Of a stretch of 64,000 bases of DNA, positions 1 through 13,937 are shown piece after piece. The stretch's first letter is position 1; each line of letters starts with the position of its first letter. The notes under the pieces were generated by a model. That model worked only from the letters and a program-made list of their open reading frames with translations. It was not told the DNA's origin and ran no database searches. The position numbers and the translations under genes are program-made. The stretch is from Paramecium tetraurelia (taxonomy: Eukaryota): positions 186,001 to 250,000 of the forward strand of contig CT868063.1 of NCBI GenBank assembly GCA_000165425.1, written 5' to 3'.

Positions 1-1118
1 CAATTAAGTTAATTGTTAATTCAATTACTTCAATTGATCCAGTTAATCTGGTGGGAATGTCTTGCTGGCATTCTTGTCATTAATGATTGGTAATAACAAT
101 TATTGAGCATGAGTCAAAAAGCCCAATGCTTTTCCCATGTTTTAGCCTCTAGATTCATCCGATATTTTTCCATAATGAAACACTCCCATCTATATACACC
201 CAGTAACAGTTGTCCATATTTGATTAAATTGAATTGTGGGTAAAATTTGAGAAAGAACATTCTATAATCATATAGGATTTAAAATACTTTTCCAATTTGT
301 TTCTAGTATTAAGAATTCATTCCCTCAACAGCCTTCAAAGCGATTGTGAATTCCTTTGCAGCCTCAAAGATTGTCCCACAAACATTATTAAGTCCGAAAG
401 TCTTCACTTGTGACATCATATTTTGATATAAAGCTTTATAGGCCAATCCACAGAACTATTTTAGAGGTTCATAATTACAGCATGTTCCAGAAATTCCAAA
501 TTTAGAGTTTAAATATCATACAATTAGGATACTGAATCTTTAGATAATCCATGAATATTTTGTTTTAATTGTTCCAATGCCCATAACCCATTTCTAAGTT
601 TGGTATATGCAGCCTTACGATCAGGGTCTGTATCTTTTACAATCTTACTATTGGCTTGGTAGTAGTAAGCGATTATCAGATTGTAATATTAAGATATCAA
701 TTCTAATCTACCAGAATTCAATTGACAGCTTCTTTTCTAAAATTCATAGAACAATATATAAATACATGGTCATAGCTGTCACTCCAATTGAACATCACTT
801 ATGGGGATCTTTAATCTCCTTGTTCGAATCTTAGATGCTTGAATAGCAAAGAAAAGTTCTTCAGATATTCAAGAAGATTGTTCTCTAGGTTTTCTGATGT
901 CAAAGGATCAGTAGCAATACTCAAGTTGATCTTCTCATAATCCAAAATTTATCTCAATTTTTAGGTTTTCTCTACTACATCCCTAATCTATAATTTATGT
1001 ATAATATGGTTACTTCAGTGAAGAGAGTGGGTTCTCCATAGCAATTAAGAATTGCCTACTCGACTGGCTTGAGAAGATCTGCAGGTCTTGTCTATTTAAG
1101 AGGTAAGTTGAATAACAT
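1..1118 (-). CDS. BRO1-domain protein (ALIX/Bro1-like), 3' end runs off the window
   Basis: N-terminus MLFNLPLKQTRPADLLKPVEQAILNCYG resembles the start of ALIX/Bro1 BRO1 domains; helical coding segments continue to the window edge in code 6 with short introns; I did not resolve every frame junction. Confidence 0.6.
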
Positions 1119-1172
1119 ATTATGGAATTTTTATTAATATATAAAGGATTCCGCAATTATAATAATTATGTT

Positions 1173-1617
1173 ATGGGCACAATGAATTAGATAAAATAGA
1201 AACACGTAAAATACCATATTTATCATAAACACACAAAATAGGACTCAGCCGAAAATAAAAGATTGTCATTTCTAAGTATTTCAATCTTTTAAGAGGATAA
1301 CTCAAAATACTTAAATGATTCTAGAATGTGGAACCATATAATGATCTTAGGGTAATAATAATTATTTCCTAACAATATAGAATATGATTTAAAAATTAGA
1401 TTATCATCTAATCGATTATTTAAAATAATTGTACAATGAAAAATCATAATTATAACATCAATATCCACTTAATATTATCACCAATCTTTTGAATTATTTA
1501 TATACCCATAATAATGAGTTCATCAACACTATCAAAGATGTTCAAATGGCAATGGTCCCGTTTAGAATGGAAAGGAAAAGGACAATTTCAATAAGAAAAA
1601 GAGAAGGTTAGGACTGA
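1173..1617 (+). pseudogene. possible degenerate coding remnant
   Basis: Protein-like frame ~1381-1617 (LDYHLIDYLKQLYNEK...INTIKDVQMAM) that cannot be joined cleanly to an upstream ATG. Confidence 0.25.
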
Positions 1618-1756
1618 ATTAGAATGATATAAATCTATTAATAATTATTTAAATTTCATCTAGTAACTGGTCAGACAAGCAAAACTACCATAAAAATATT
1701 GCAAGCATCCTTAAAATATTCAAGCAATATTGATAATATTAAATATTTATATATAA

Positions 1757-3322
1757 ATGTTTTAAAATTAGTTTTAGAATACACCGTTGTTTGAGATATT
1801 TGATTCCAAAGGTATTTCTATAAACCATTTAGATGTACTAAATAAAGCCAACAAGGAGAAAGAGAAGCATTACTAACAGCTATTAAAAATTACAACAAAT
1901 AGTTTTGTTAAAGATTTCGATAAATAATTAAAGAGTATTAACGATTCTTAATATCCATAGACTATATTATTGAATTGCAAGGACAGAACACAAAAGTCCA
2001 TTTCCCAAAGGAAGGAGATCTAGGATTAGTCTAACAGTTTTTATGTCTCTAAATCTATGTTCCATAGACATAATAATGGACAATTGAGTTTTCAATTACT
2101 GATACCTCTAAAACTAAGCGCCATGTTTATTTAACATAGAATTGTAAATAAATTGAGAAAAAGCCATTCCACATAAGATATCCAATAGAAGTACCAAAAA
2201 GCATTTGGCTAAACCTTTAAATAGATCTACATTCATTTATTTAAGGTTGGAAAGGAATGACATTCAGATCCTTAGATTTATTTGTCATTTAATCACCTTG
2301 CAAATTAAGAAAGATTTTTACAATGAAATAGGCTGATACTGATGGGTATGCTCCTTCTTATTATTTTAGGTCCATCATGGGGAAACATGGCTTTCCAATT
2401 GGATTTGAACATCAAAACCTAATAATTTAATATTAGGACAATAATTTAGAGACTTCACAAGACAGTTGCCAAATGAAGTATCACATGTTCTTTATGATTT
2501 AAGGATTACTTCCAAAAAAGCAACTGGATTTTCATAACAATCACAGCAAAGCCAGTAAAGTTAGAAATAATAAAAGTTAACTTAGGAGAAAATAACCAGG
2601 GCTAATATTGTTTATGATGATCATCCAACCCCCAAAAAAAAGACTCAACAACCACAATAATTGTCATAATAATAAAAATAATTGATCGTCACTTCCAGTT
2701 CTAAATCAAATCAATAGGATATTTCTTAAAATGAATTTGACATGAGTACTAAATTGTCTGTTAGAAATAATAAAATTAGCCAACAAGCTGACAGTGTTAG
2801 AAGGAATGACAAATCTGTCCAAAAACATAGGGACTTGTCAAGTAGTAAAAAATAATAGAGTAATGCCAGAATGGCGCATTCATTTCCTCGTAAGCCACCT
2901 TTGTAGGAATAATTGAACTAAGATTATTACATCAAAACTCAAAAGTTTACTACCTTTAATGAACAGAAACAAAAAGATGATGAAATCGAAGAAAACATTG
3001 AAATAGCAGTTGAATAAAAGGCAGAGGAGATTATTGAGGAAAGTCAAAAAAAAATTATAACCGCAAATAATTTTAATAAGAGAAGTCTAAGTGAACTTAA
3101 AGGGGAATCTAATAACCAAAGAGTAACTAATTAATTAAAAGTTAGAATGATTAGCAATTCGAAGATAGCTTAGAATAACCATTTAAGAATAGTGTCACTA
3201 CATTTGCATAAGAAGGTTACTATGCAAATTAACTAAAAAAATATACAGACTTAAATCGACCATTCACTCCAGAATATAACTCCGATTTCAAATTTGGACA
3301 ATCCAATTATTAATAATTCTGA
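1757..3322 (+). CDS. CFAP20DC: CFAP20-domain (DUF667) protein, C3orf67/CFAP20DC-like
   Basis: MFQNQFQNTPLFEIFDSK...FLCLQIYVP...IEFSITDTSKTKRHVYL...IWLNLQIDL...FRSLD...CKLRKIFTMK matches the CFAP20DC N-terminal domain; low-complexity C-terminus. Confidence 0.85.
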
Positions 3323-3357
3323 TTTAGTTCAAATTTTTTATAATATAAAGTTTTTAT

Positions 3358-4556
<1,199 letters not shown>

Positions 4557-4878
4557 GATATCAAATTAAAATTATAAAATGCTGAATAAAATAATGCTGG
4601 TTTTCTTAAATGCATCATAGTTTATCATTCAATTAAAACAATTTCAGAAAATATGGATATATCTATTGAGCAGATAAAAATCGTTAACTAAGCTACTGGC
4701 AAATTAAGGTTACATTGTTGATTTGAATTAAATAAATTTCAAGTCAATCTGTATAAAGTTGAAAGGGAATTTAGTATAAATTTGATAATATACAATAGTT
4801 AATTTATTAGAATGTTTATTAATTATTCTATATTTAATAATTTATATATGTTGAATATTTGTTAAATATGCTTCATTT

Positions 4879-5986
4879 TCATTCCTTTAATGTTGTTATC
4901 TATTCTGATGAATTTGAATCTGTTTTTGCCTATAATTTGATTGTTTTAAAGTAGTCTTCTTCAAATTCGATTGACTAAAATATTATATAGAATACTTTTG
5001 ATTCTTGTTTAGTTGTTGGTTCTTGGAACCAGAATACATAAATTGTAATAGAAAAGGGAAGTTGAACTTAAACTAATACAATTAATAATAGCAAAATGTA
5101 TTGAAATGTATATGCTTCGCTAAGAATAATCTAAGTAGAATGCAATTTATACATCTAAATAAATGGTGCAAGTTTCAGTAGGCCCTTGGGCTAAAAAATA
5201 GATATCCTCTATGAAGTATAATAATTAACCCAAAAATGTCACACAAACAAGGACCCTTATAACACATGATCATACCAAAAGTTTATTCTTTATCGATTTA
5301 TTTTTCTGCTATTTTCTTCAAAATTGACAAAGTGGTTTAACATTGTGGATTTTATTGCTAGACTCTTTTTAATGCTCACATTTAAAGAATGAGCAACTGC
5401 TATTAAAACCAAATCCACTATAAAACCAATCATTCTTATAATATGAAATATCTATTCTCAAATATATTTGATTACATATACTTTGACAAAGCCAATAGGA
5501 TTTAGATATATTTGATACATAATCATACAGATTCCATATCAAAAATATAGTGAACAGTGAAATCAAGCAGATGCAATAGATTTTCAATTGCAACATTTTA
5601 TGAGGCTGAAAGGTTTTAATCTTCACAGTTTTCCTAGCAAAATAGAATACAATGTAGGTCAAAAATGCATAATAGACATATAACTAAAAAAAGTAAAAAA
5701 CCAACAATGTTTTTTATGCCACATTAAACAAAATATTACCTATTATTAGAAAGTATTTTACAAGTTAAGCACAAGATTATTAAAATGTAGATAACATTTT
5801 TTCTTTTTTTAGCCTATCTAAATTATTTCTTTCTTCTTATCAATTAGCATATTCCAACTGCTAAGACAGCTAATGCAATAACTTCAGAGACCCATAAGCT
5901 TTCGATATTTTTATATATAATTACGTAATGCAATATACTCCAAAATCTTGGCAACAAGTCATTAGTCCATTTGCATTAGTTGCCAT
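4879..5986 (-). CDS. multi-pass (approx. 7TM) membrane protein
   Basis: ATG at 5986 (MATNANGLMTCC), several hydrophobic segments (e.g. IYCICLISLFTIFLIWNLY), TGA at 4879; exon structure only partly resolved. Confidence 0.6.
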
Positions 5987-6036
5987 ATTAGCACAAGAAA
6001 ATTAAAAATTAATTTTTGTAATATAGAATAATGTAA

Positions 6037-7325
6037 TCAACTTAATTTAGTTTTGATATCTTAAAATTGTGGAAGATCATGTTCCTACAAGTCTTCATCA
6101 AGTGAGTGTTGACTATCAATGTCAGAATCAGATAAAAAAGCATTCAATAGTTATGGTTTTTTCATTTCTGTTATGTATTGTTCATTATTTAATTTCTTAG
6201 CATTTTCATCATCAGATTCGTCATAGTTCACATCGGACTCGTTGGATCTCTGAGATTTGTACCCTTTCTCAACTTTGTGCGATTTCCCGGAACTCTTTCT
6301 GGATAAATTCACCTTTTAAATTTCATTGCTTTTATTTAATCTAGCTGCAAAAAACCTTTTTATTTAGTCTTATATATAATAGTAATACCTCATAATCCCT
6401 TGATAAGCTTCAACAGGTCTAGGAGCATTATGATCGCCCAAAAAAGTAAAGATGTATTTTTCTCCCTTGAATGCTTCATACAAATCCTCAATATGATTCT
6501 TTCCAATCATTTTGTCACTACTCGCTCTTACGAAATAGGCAGCACATTTGGAAGATAATTTTCTAATATACTGCATAGTGTTAATATGTTTGGGATCATA
6601 TCTAACTAGCTTCCTTACCTTTTTCCTTAATAAATAAAACACAAATCTAACACCAAAGGTTGGAACATGAAAATTGTCACCAATATCAATGCAAAGTTGC
6701 TTTAGATTGCTAAATGGAGAATCCAAAACTAAAGTATTTAACTCAGGATATTCGGCTGCAGCCATAATTGCAGTTACTGCCCCCATGCTTCTACCCCAAA
6801 CTCCAAATGGACCTAATAGTGGGTATCTTTGAATAGGTATCTATATTTACTTCTCTTTGATATATTTTAAAATGTTTAAAAAGTCTTCTTTTTCATACCA
6901 TCCAAGGGACACATACTATCCATCTGATATTCCACAACCGCCAAAATCAAAGTTCACTAAGCTCATACCTTCTTAGGCTATCATATTGGCATAACATGAA
7001 GATTCCAATCTAGAACTTGAATTTCCATGAAGATATATTATGCACGGTCTTGCCTTATCTTTTAAGTATACAGGACTATATAAAGAACATTGTAATTTTA
7101 AATTTTGTTGTCTTGAAAATACTACAAAATCTTCTCTGTAAATTAGTAATTTATTTACAAGCATAGTTGTTGGTCCTATTTTAAAATAACTGTTTGTATT
7201 ATACCTAATTTTGAAGGGTCATATATTTATCTAGGCGGACGAACAACAGCATCCACTAGTTGATCAAAATAACCTCTTTCTTTTGAACTTTTCAATTTAA
7301 TTTCTGCTGTGAATGGTTGATTCAT
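6037..7325 (-). CDS. alpha/beta-hydrolase family protein
   Basis: VRPPR, CIIYLHGNSSSRLE, FDFGGCGISDG, nucleophile motif WGRSMGA, LDSPF, GDHN; acidic C-terminal tail. Confidence 0.9.
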
Positions 7326-7357
7326 AATTTATATATAAAATATGTGTATTATAGTGA

Positions 7358-8779
7358 TCAAATTAAGTCTTTTGAACTTTATAGTTTTATCTTTTACTAT
7401 ATCTTTGCCTGCTCTTGAGTAAGATTTAATGATTTATTCGATTTATGTGCTTTTTAATCTTTCACAGTTGCTTCATAAAATTCCATAGATTTTAACTACT
7501 AGTGTTAGCTTCTCAACATTGGTAATTAACTAATATTAGGAACCTGATATTGCTATTGTAGTCGTATTTAAGGTTTCAAGATTTTTGGAGTTTGTTAGCA
7601 AGACACCAACAATGGTAATGATTGCCTAGGGATTTGCCCAGTGGTGTTATATTACTTATGAAGATCCTGTATTTATTCTTATAGGATTTTGTCAACTATT
7701 ACCAATTTGGCTCTTCTATATGCAAAATTCATTATTGTTATTCTAATGTCAGAATTATTATTGTTCAAATATTTCCAAATGTAAAATGCTCCTCTTTTTA
7801 AAACTATAATTTATAAATTGTTTTTATACAATATTTTTCAGGATATTTCATAAACTTTTTCTTCAACACGGCATGAGAACACCACATATGATCAGTGTCT
7901 AAATCTATTATAGGTTGATATATATTTTTGAGATCTTTTCTTAATTTTCTTTATTATAATCTTAATTGATATTTCAATTCCTTTTCAGGATTTGGATTAG
8001 ATTCTTGAGTTTGCGAATACATTACTAATTTATCAGTAACCGAAACACTACGATTAATAATTTCTGGCTATTTCATTTATTGTTACGTATTTTCTCGAAT
8101 GATGACTTTCTTTCTCAAGAGTAGCTTTGGCTTCACTTCCTCTGGTTCAGTCTTCTCGATTTTACTCTCATTAGTTGTGTCATCCGTTTTCTTTTCTAGT
8201 TACTGCTTCATTTTCCCAATGACAGATGTCGAAGCTGATTGAATTAACAGTTGGAATTCTTCCCTTGATCTACTCACAAGAAACTTGATCAATACGATCG
8301 CGGTGGACATCTGTTTTGTTTTGATCGGTTACCTTAAAATCAGATTCTTAATTCTATTGTACAAAATGTATGCCATCAAAATTATTTTCAGCCATAAAGA
8401 ATTACTTAAACATTGAAAATAAATCCTTTGTATCCTTCTGATTGAACCTTATTATGTGCATTTCAGGTCTGAATTATTTTATTATTGTTTAACTAAATCT
8501 ATATATTTACATCCTTTCGGGTAAATTTACCATTAGAATTTTCGACAATGCGTCGATAATCTTATTCTCCTCCTCAATTCTTTATTTGTCGTTCTTCTTA
8601 AGTCCAATTATTTTGAATCCCAATTATCTTAAAGATTATTAAACTTTTGTAAATTCCAAATCAAAAAATATTTGATTTGCAAGTACTTACTAGTTTATAG
8701 CATGTAATAATCTAATGTCTTCGCTGCGTTCAAGAATTATTTTCTGTAATACTTCTAGTTAGTTAAATGTAATATCCAT
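7358..8779 (-). CDS. hypothetical protein
   Basis: ATG at 8779 (MDITFNQLEVLQKIILERSEDIRLL), long code-6 frames with short introns, TGA at 7358; no recognisable domain. Confidence 0.6.
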
Positions 8780-9567
8780 ATTAAATTTTTTATAATTAAT
8801 ATCACATTTCATAATTTTTATAACTAAATCTTATAATTATATTTCATTCGTCAAATATTACAATATGCATATATATATAATTATAACTGATTCAATTATT
8901 ATTTAAGACTTGGTATATATATCGTTTGTATATAATCTGATAATTAAACTTTAAAAATATTAATTCAAACAGAAAATTAATAGTTATGATGGTTATGAAA
9001 AGTTATTAATTTTTTTGAAAAAATAAAATTTTAACTTAGTTCTAACCTCTCTTATCGTTGTAATTTAATCTTAAAGTATAAAATCAACTTATTAAAATAT
9101 ATTCATATCTCATATTAAACTTTACAGTTATGAGAAGATAAAATGTTATAATTTTGAATTTATTTATTGAATCAATTTCTTTATAGAAAAATAATGAGAG
9201 ATAGTTTTTTAGATGTATGAATATGTTTTGTTAGGTTAGTTAATTACATAATTTGTGTAGTTTAATGAAAAAATTATATAATCAAATTGCTTATCAATTA
9301 ATAAGATAACTTAAAATCCTCTTCTGTATTCCTTAATATATATTGGAATTATTTTCGATTTTTGTTAAATACAGAAAATAAAATAATATATTAAATTTAA
9401 ATAAATAAAAAGTTATAATCCAACGGGTTTTATAACAAAATTCAATTTTATGAATCTTAATTTAATATATATAAAAGAGGCTGTTTCCAAGTTATATAAA
9501 TTGGTGGATATCGAAGTTTAAATCTAATTAATTTGACTAATGGTATTAATTTATTTAATATTTGCTT

Positions 9568-10867
9568 ATGAGTGTCTCAAAAAAATATTATAGGAGTAGA
9601 TACTTAAAATGGGTTCCTAGCCTGATAGAAAAAGCCATTTAATTAAAACCTATTTCAGTTGTCAAATAAATTCGCACACTTCCAGATCTTCCCATTATAA
9701 ATAATTTAAAAATAATGTGTTAAATATTTGAGTATATCAATACACAATGGCCAGAAGTTACTCCTTAATGAGCTTCAAAATTACAAAAGTCATTAGTACC
9801 TACAGAGCTTCAAATGCTAATACTAGAATAACTTGTAAGGGAACTTTAATCTAACGAATGTTCATCAAAGAAATAATAAAGAATTATGTCAAATATCAAA
9901 GTAGTTTGTAAATATGACACCTATTCCATAGATAACTTGATGGTTTGGGTGCACTGAGAAATCTAATTAAAAATGCAGATGACTTAAGTATCAACATTAA
10001 CAAGGCATAAAATATTGAATTCTTTGTCGGATCGTTGAGTGATGGTCATGGAGAGTTTGGATCTTAAATTTCTTCTTATTTGCAGAATTTTATTTGGAGG
10101 AGTGATAAAAATTGTTTACATCAGTTCCCATATTATAGATTAATTTGACCTTAAAAGGAAGTCTAAATAAGATATATTTTAATTAAAATTGATAAATCTA
10201 TTATAGCAGATTGAACTAAAATTAGTATAATTATGTTTATAATATAATTTAGACTGCCAAAATATTATTTGATTGCAAACTAAGCGGAGCCTCACTGCTT
10301 AGTGAAATTATAGTTAGTAATGTATTATATTTTTCGAATTGGGAGACTCTAAAGCTTCTTACTTTTATAAATCAGAGTAGTTAAATGAGAATTCAAAAGA
10401 TATAAGAAAATTTGTTTAAAATTTAAACTAAATACATGATACAAATAGCGGAAAGGAAGTAGATAGGATAAGGAGGAAGGGAGGAAAATAGATTAGGCCA
10501 TTTAAAAGGATAAAAGGAAGGCAGTTTGAAAATTGGGTACTAAATAAAATTATCCTGGCTTCAAGATAACAAGATGTTTCGGAAATTCAATAGGGAAATC
10601 CATAGGAATTACAGCTAAAAATGATTTTAAAGAATTTAAAATCCCAAAATAAGGGTATCTTCTTATGGCAAGTACGGGATTGTGGGAGAAGTTGGATATT
10701 TTGCTGATTGATAAAATCTTAGATGATAATTACCCTCCTTAAAACTTGGGCTGATGTAGATCGAGTTATAAATAACTTGAGAATAAAATCAAATGATTTT
10801 GGGATACTGATGGATAAGGGTCTGCAACATTTATTTAAGCTTAGTTTACAAATCTTTAGAAGAATGA
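9568..10867 (+). pseudogene. PP2C (PPM) phosphatase-like pseudogene
   Basis: DGHG at 10041, SGAS, frameshifted N-L-G-D-S at ~10337-10350, ITRCFGN, ASTGLWE; premature TGA at ~9768 and further frameshifts; the 5' boundary is uncertain. Confidence 0.75.
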
Positions 10868-10929
10868 TTTTATTCAGATATGTATATAAATGTTAAAATC
10901 CTAGAAAATAATTGTCTTCTTTCAATTTG

Positions 10930-11607
10930 AATGATTTGGGATCATATAATTTATCGAGACTAATAATATAATAATTTTAATGTAAAATAATAATATTACC
11001 TCCTATAATCTCAAAAAAATGTTATCTCCCATTAAAAGCAAGAAAACTTAGGACTTGTTTTATTAAAATCAAATTTAATCCTTTGTACATTTAAAGTCAT
11101 ATATGCCAATTAATCCTTTAAGATTACCTTAACGAAAACACAAAAAAGTTGCTAATTTAACATAAATTGATGACATCAAATGTAAATGTTTATGAAATAA
11201 GAGCTATTTTAGCAGAAACAATAAATAAGAAAAACACTCTCTAATGGTTCAACTTTGTAAACTTCTGAATTACCTGAATATTTAGGAGTCTATACAATTG
11301 CAGAAGAAAATGAAGAGCAAGCAAAATTCTATAGTAAATAGCCAACTCCCTCTTATGTTCATTATCAAAATCATACAAAGTAGGTAATGAATTTAATGAA
11401 AAATACTCATAAATAATTATCTCCAGTGATTGGAACAAAAAAATTAGAAGCTAATTTAGTAGGATCAATAGATTTCAATCAATTTACAAGGTTGATGAAG
11501 GCAATTTACTATCCTACAAAATAAAATAAAAAATAAGACATTATTAAAAAAAGGGCTGTATCAGAAAAAATTTTCCAAAAATAAACTTAATGAATAAAAT
11601 TATTGAA
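10930..11607 (+). pseudogene. degenerate hypothetical coding region
   Basis: Open code-6 frame ~11200-11607 (ELPEYLGVYTIAEENEEQAKF...) with a frame-discordant 5' part. Confidence 0.3.
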
Positions 11608-12177
11608 TATAAAAAATTTAAATCTAAATAAACTTAATGTTGAATTTTTTAAAAAAGTTATATAATTATATTAAATCTTTAATATAATAATTTATCATAA
11701 AACTTTTAAGATAAATTGTTTAACAATTAGTTTTCTTCACCAGAAAATTTAATACTGTTCTCTTAAGATTGAATTCTTCTACAATTTCTTACAAATTATA
11801 TCATCTTTATGTATAATAATACTAAATTTCTGGTATTTTTATAATTAATTGCAATATATTATTAAAGTTCTTAATTTATATTCCAACAACATATCTACTA
11901 AATTTTAAACATTTTAAATAAGTCCTTGATGAGCGAGCAAATTTTGCGTTTTAGAACTTTTTTATTTTTATTTTATTAAACGATCGAAATTTTTGGAAGT
12001 TGAATAAGCTTCTTTTTTACTTTTAACATTCTTTTTGAAAAAACTCCAATATTAATAATTGAATAAGGATCTTTTTAAAGCTGATTATGTTGAGCATCTA
12101 AAGTTTGGTTTTTCTGAGATACTAATTAAAATTGAATTGATTCAGCTACCTATAATATTTCTTTCAAAAATAAATAA

Positions 12178-13635
12178 ATGAACTTTTTAAGATCGGCTGA
12201 TTTTTTTGGAATTCCTTTTGTACAACAAATAGATTTGAAGTAATCTATATATAAAAGTGCCTTTGGAGGATTTGTTACTTTACTAATATTCTCTGCTAGT
12301 GTAGCTTATTCAATATGGGTACTTTATCTATGGTAAATTAATTAACTAAGCCCTAAAATATCAAACTCAATCTATAAGTCAGACTTCAAATTGCTTGACA
12401 TGGATTATGATATCATCAAATTATACTTTTGGAAATTCGATTAAGAGATGATTGATCCATTTGAGGAGAAAATTTTAATACCTTTAGTGATGTATACAAC
12501 AAATTTCAGTTTCACCGATTTAGAACCCTTGGAAATGTCAAATCAAACTACAATTGATGGGAATAGTAAGTTTATCATCCCCAAAATGCGTTTAGCTTTT
12601 TAAGAATTTAATGGGGAAATATTTACAACAACTGAAATGTATATTTAGATAGTTAAGTGCTCAGATATATATTTGAAGCCAAATGAAAAATGTGCCTCTC
12701 AAGAATTGATAGATAAGTTCTATAAACAACCCTTAAATGTTGCAGTTCTGCAAATTCACTATAAGTCGTTGAATTCAAATGACTGCTCTGAATAAACAAG
12801 TGTACAAGAATTTTATATTTAATTGGAATAATAAAATTGTTACACATTAAATACTTTTTTATAAAGTAGTTTTTACGAAATTAGAGATTCCTTTCTTTTT
12901 GGCTCTCCAAAATATGTTGAATACATCAACGGAGCATTAATTTAACCATAAACTAATTCTATTGAATATTGTAGGCTTGCCTATGATAATGATGTCTTAG
13001 GATTAATTTACATAGTGATGAAAGGAAATCAAGTCAAAACGATATTTGAGTATCCTCATGCTGGAGATTTATTGGCAAACATTGGATCTATAGTATCAGT
13101 ATTATTTATGATAAAATATTTAATTATAGTGATAAATTAGTACTTTTTGAATAATCAGATAATTAAATAGTTGATTGAGCTTTATTATCCGGAATATAAG
13201 AATATTACAATCCAGAAAAATTGGAAAAGACAAATTAAATTAGTCAAATATTAAAATAACTAAGTAGATCTTAAAGAATTTTAAACTTTTAATGAAAAAA
13301 TTTATGATTAAATGAAGTCAAAATTTAGTTTTATCAATCTATTATATGAGATATCCAGAATGCAACTTCTGATAAGATCAACAAAGAGTAGAGAGGAATT
13401 TCGAAAATCTCATTAAATTGGTATTAAATTGAATTTTTCAAACGATAAAGACTTTAATTTCTCAGCTGCTAAACCAAGTTATACGCAAAGAGCCTGTTCA
13501 AATCCATTATACTTAACTGATGAAGAGGTAGATATACTATCATTAAATGAACGTTCAAGAGAGATAAATTACGATAAAATCCCAGATGAATTATCGGAAT
13601 AAAATGATTTTTATGAAATTAATAAAATAACTTGA
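12178..13635 (+). CDS. two-TM membrane protein of an expanded ciliate family
   Basis: Apparently intronless 486-codon frame; ADFFGIPF...YKSAFGGFVTLLIF TM1, large loop with a Cys pair, YPHAGDLLANIGSIVSVLFMI TM2. Confidence 0.8.
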
Positions 13636-13937
13636 AATTTAAAACTGATAATTAAGATCATGTTATTTTTACGTATGATATTTTATTTATTTAATTAAAT
13701 TCTGAATTATATCTATAAATTCATTCTTTTGAAAATCAAAATGAGAAATCTTATTAATCTTGAAATTATTAAAATAAGGAGTTGCTTAAATAATTAAATA
13801 TGATATCCAGATATTTATCTTAAAGGCTAAATTAATATTTCTATATTTAATTATTATCAAATTGATTCTTCTTTCTTTGTTAAAATAATTTTCCCAATTT
13901 TATTTCATTATTATAATTTACAATAAGAATAATACTG

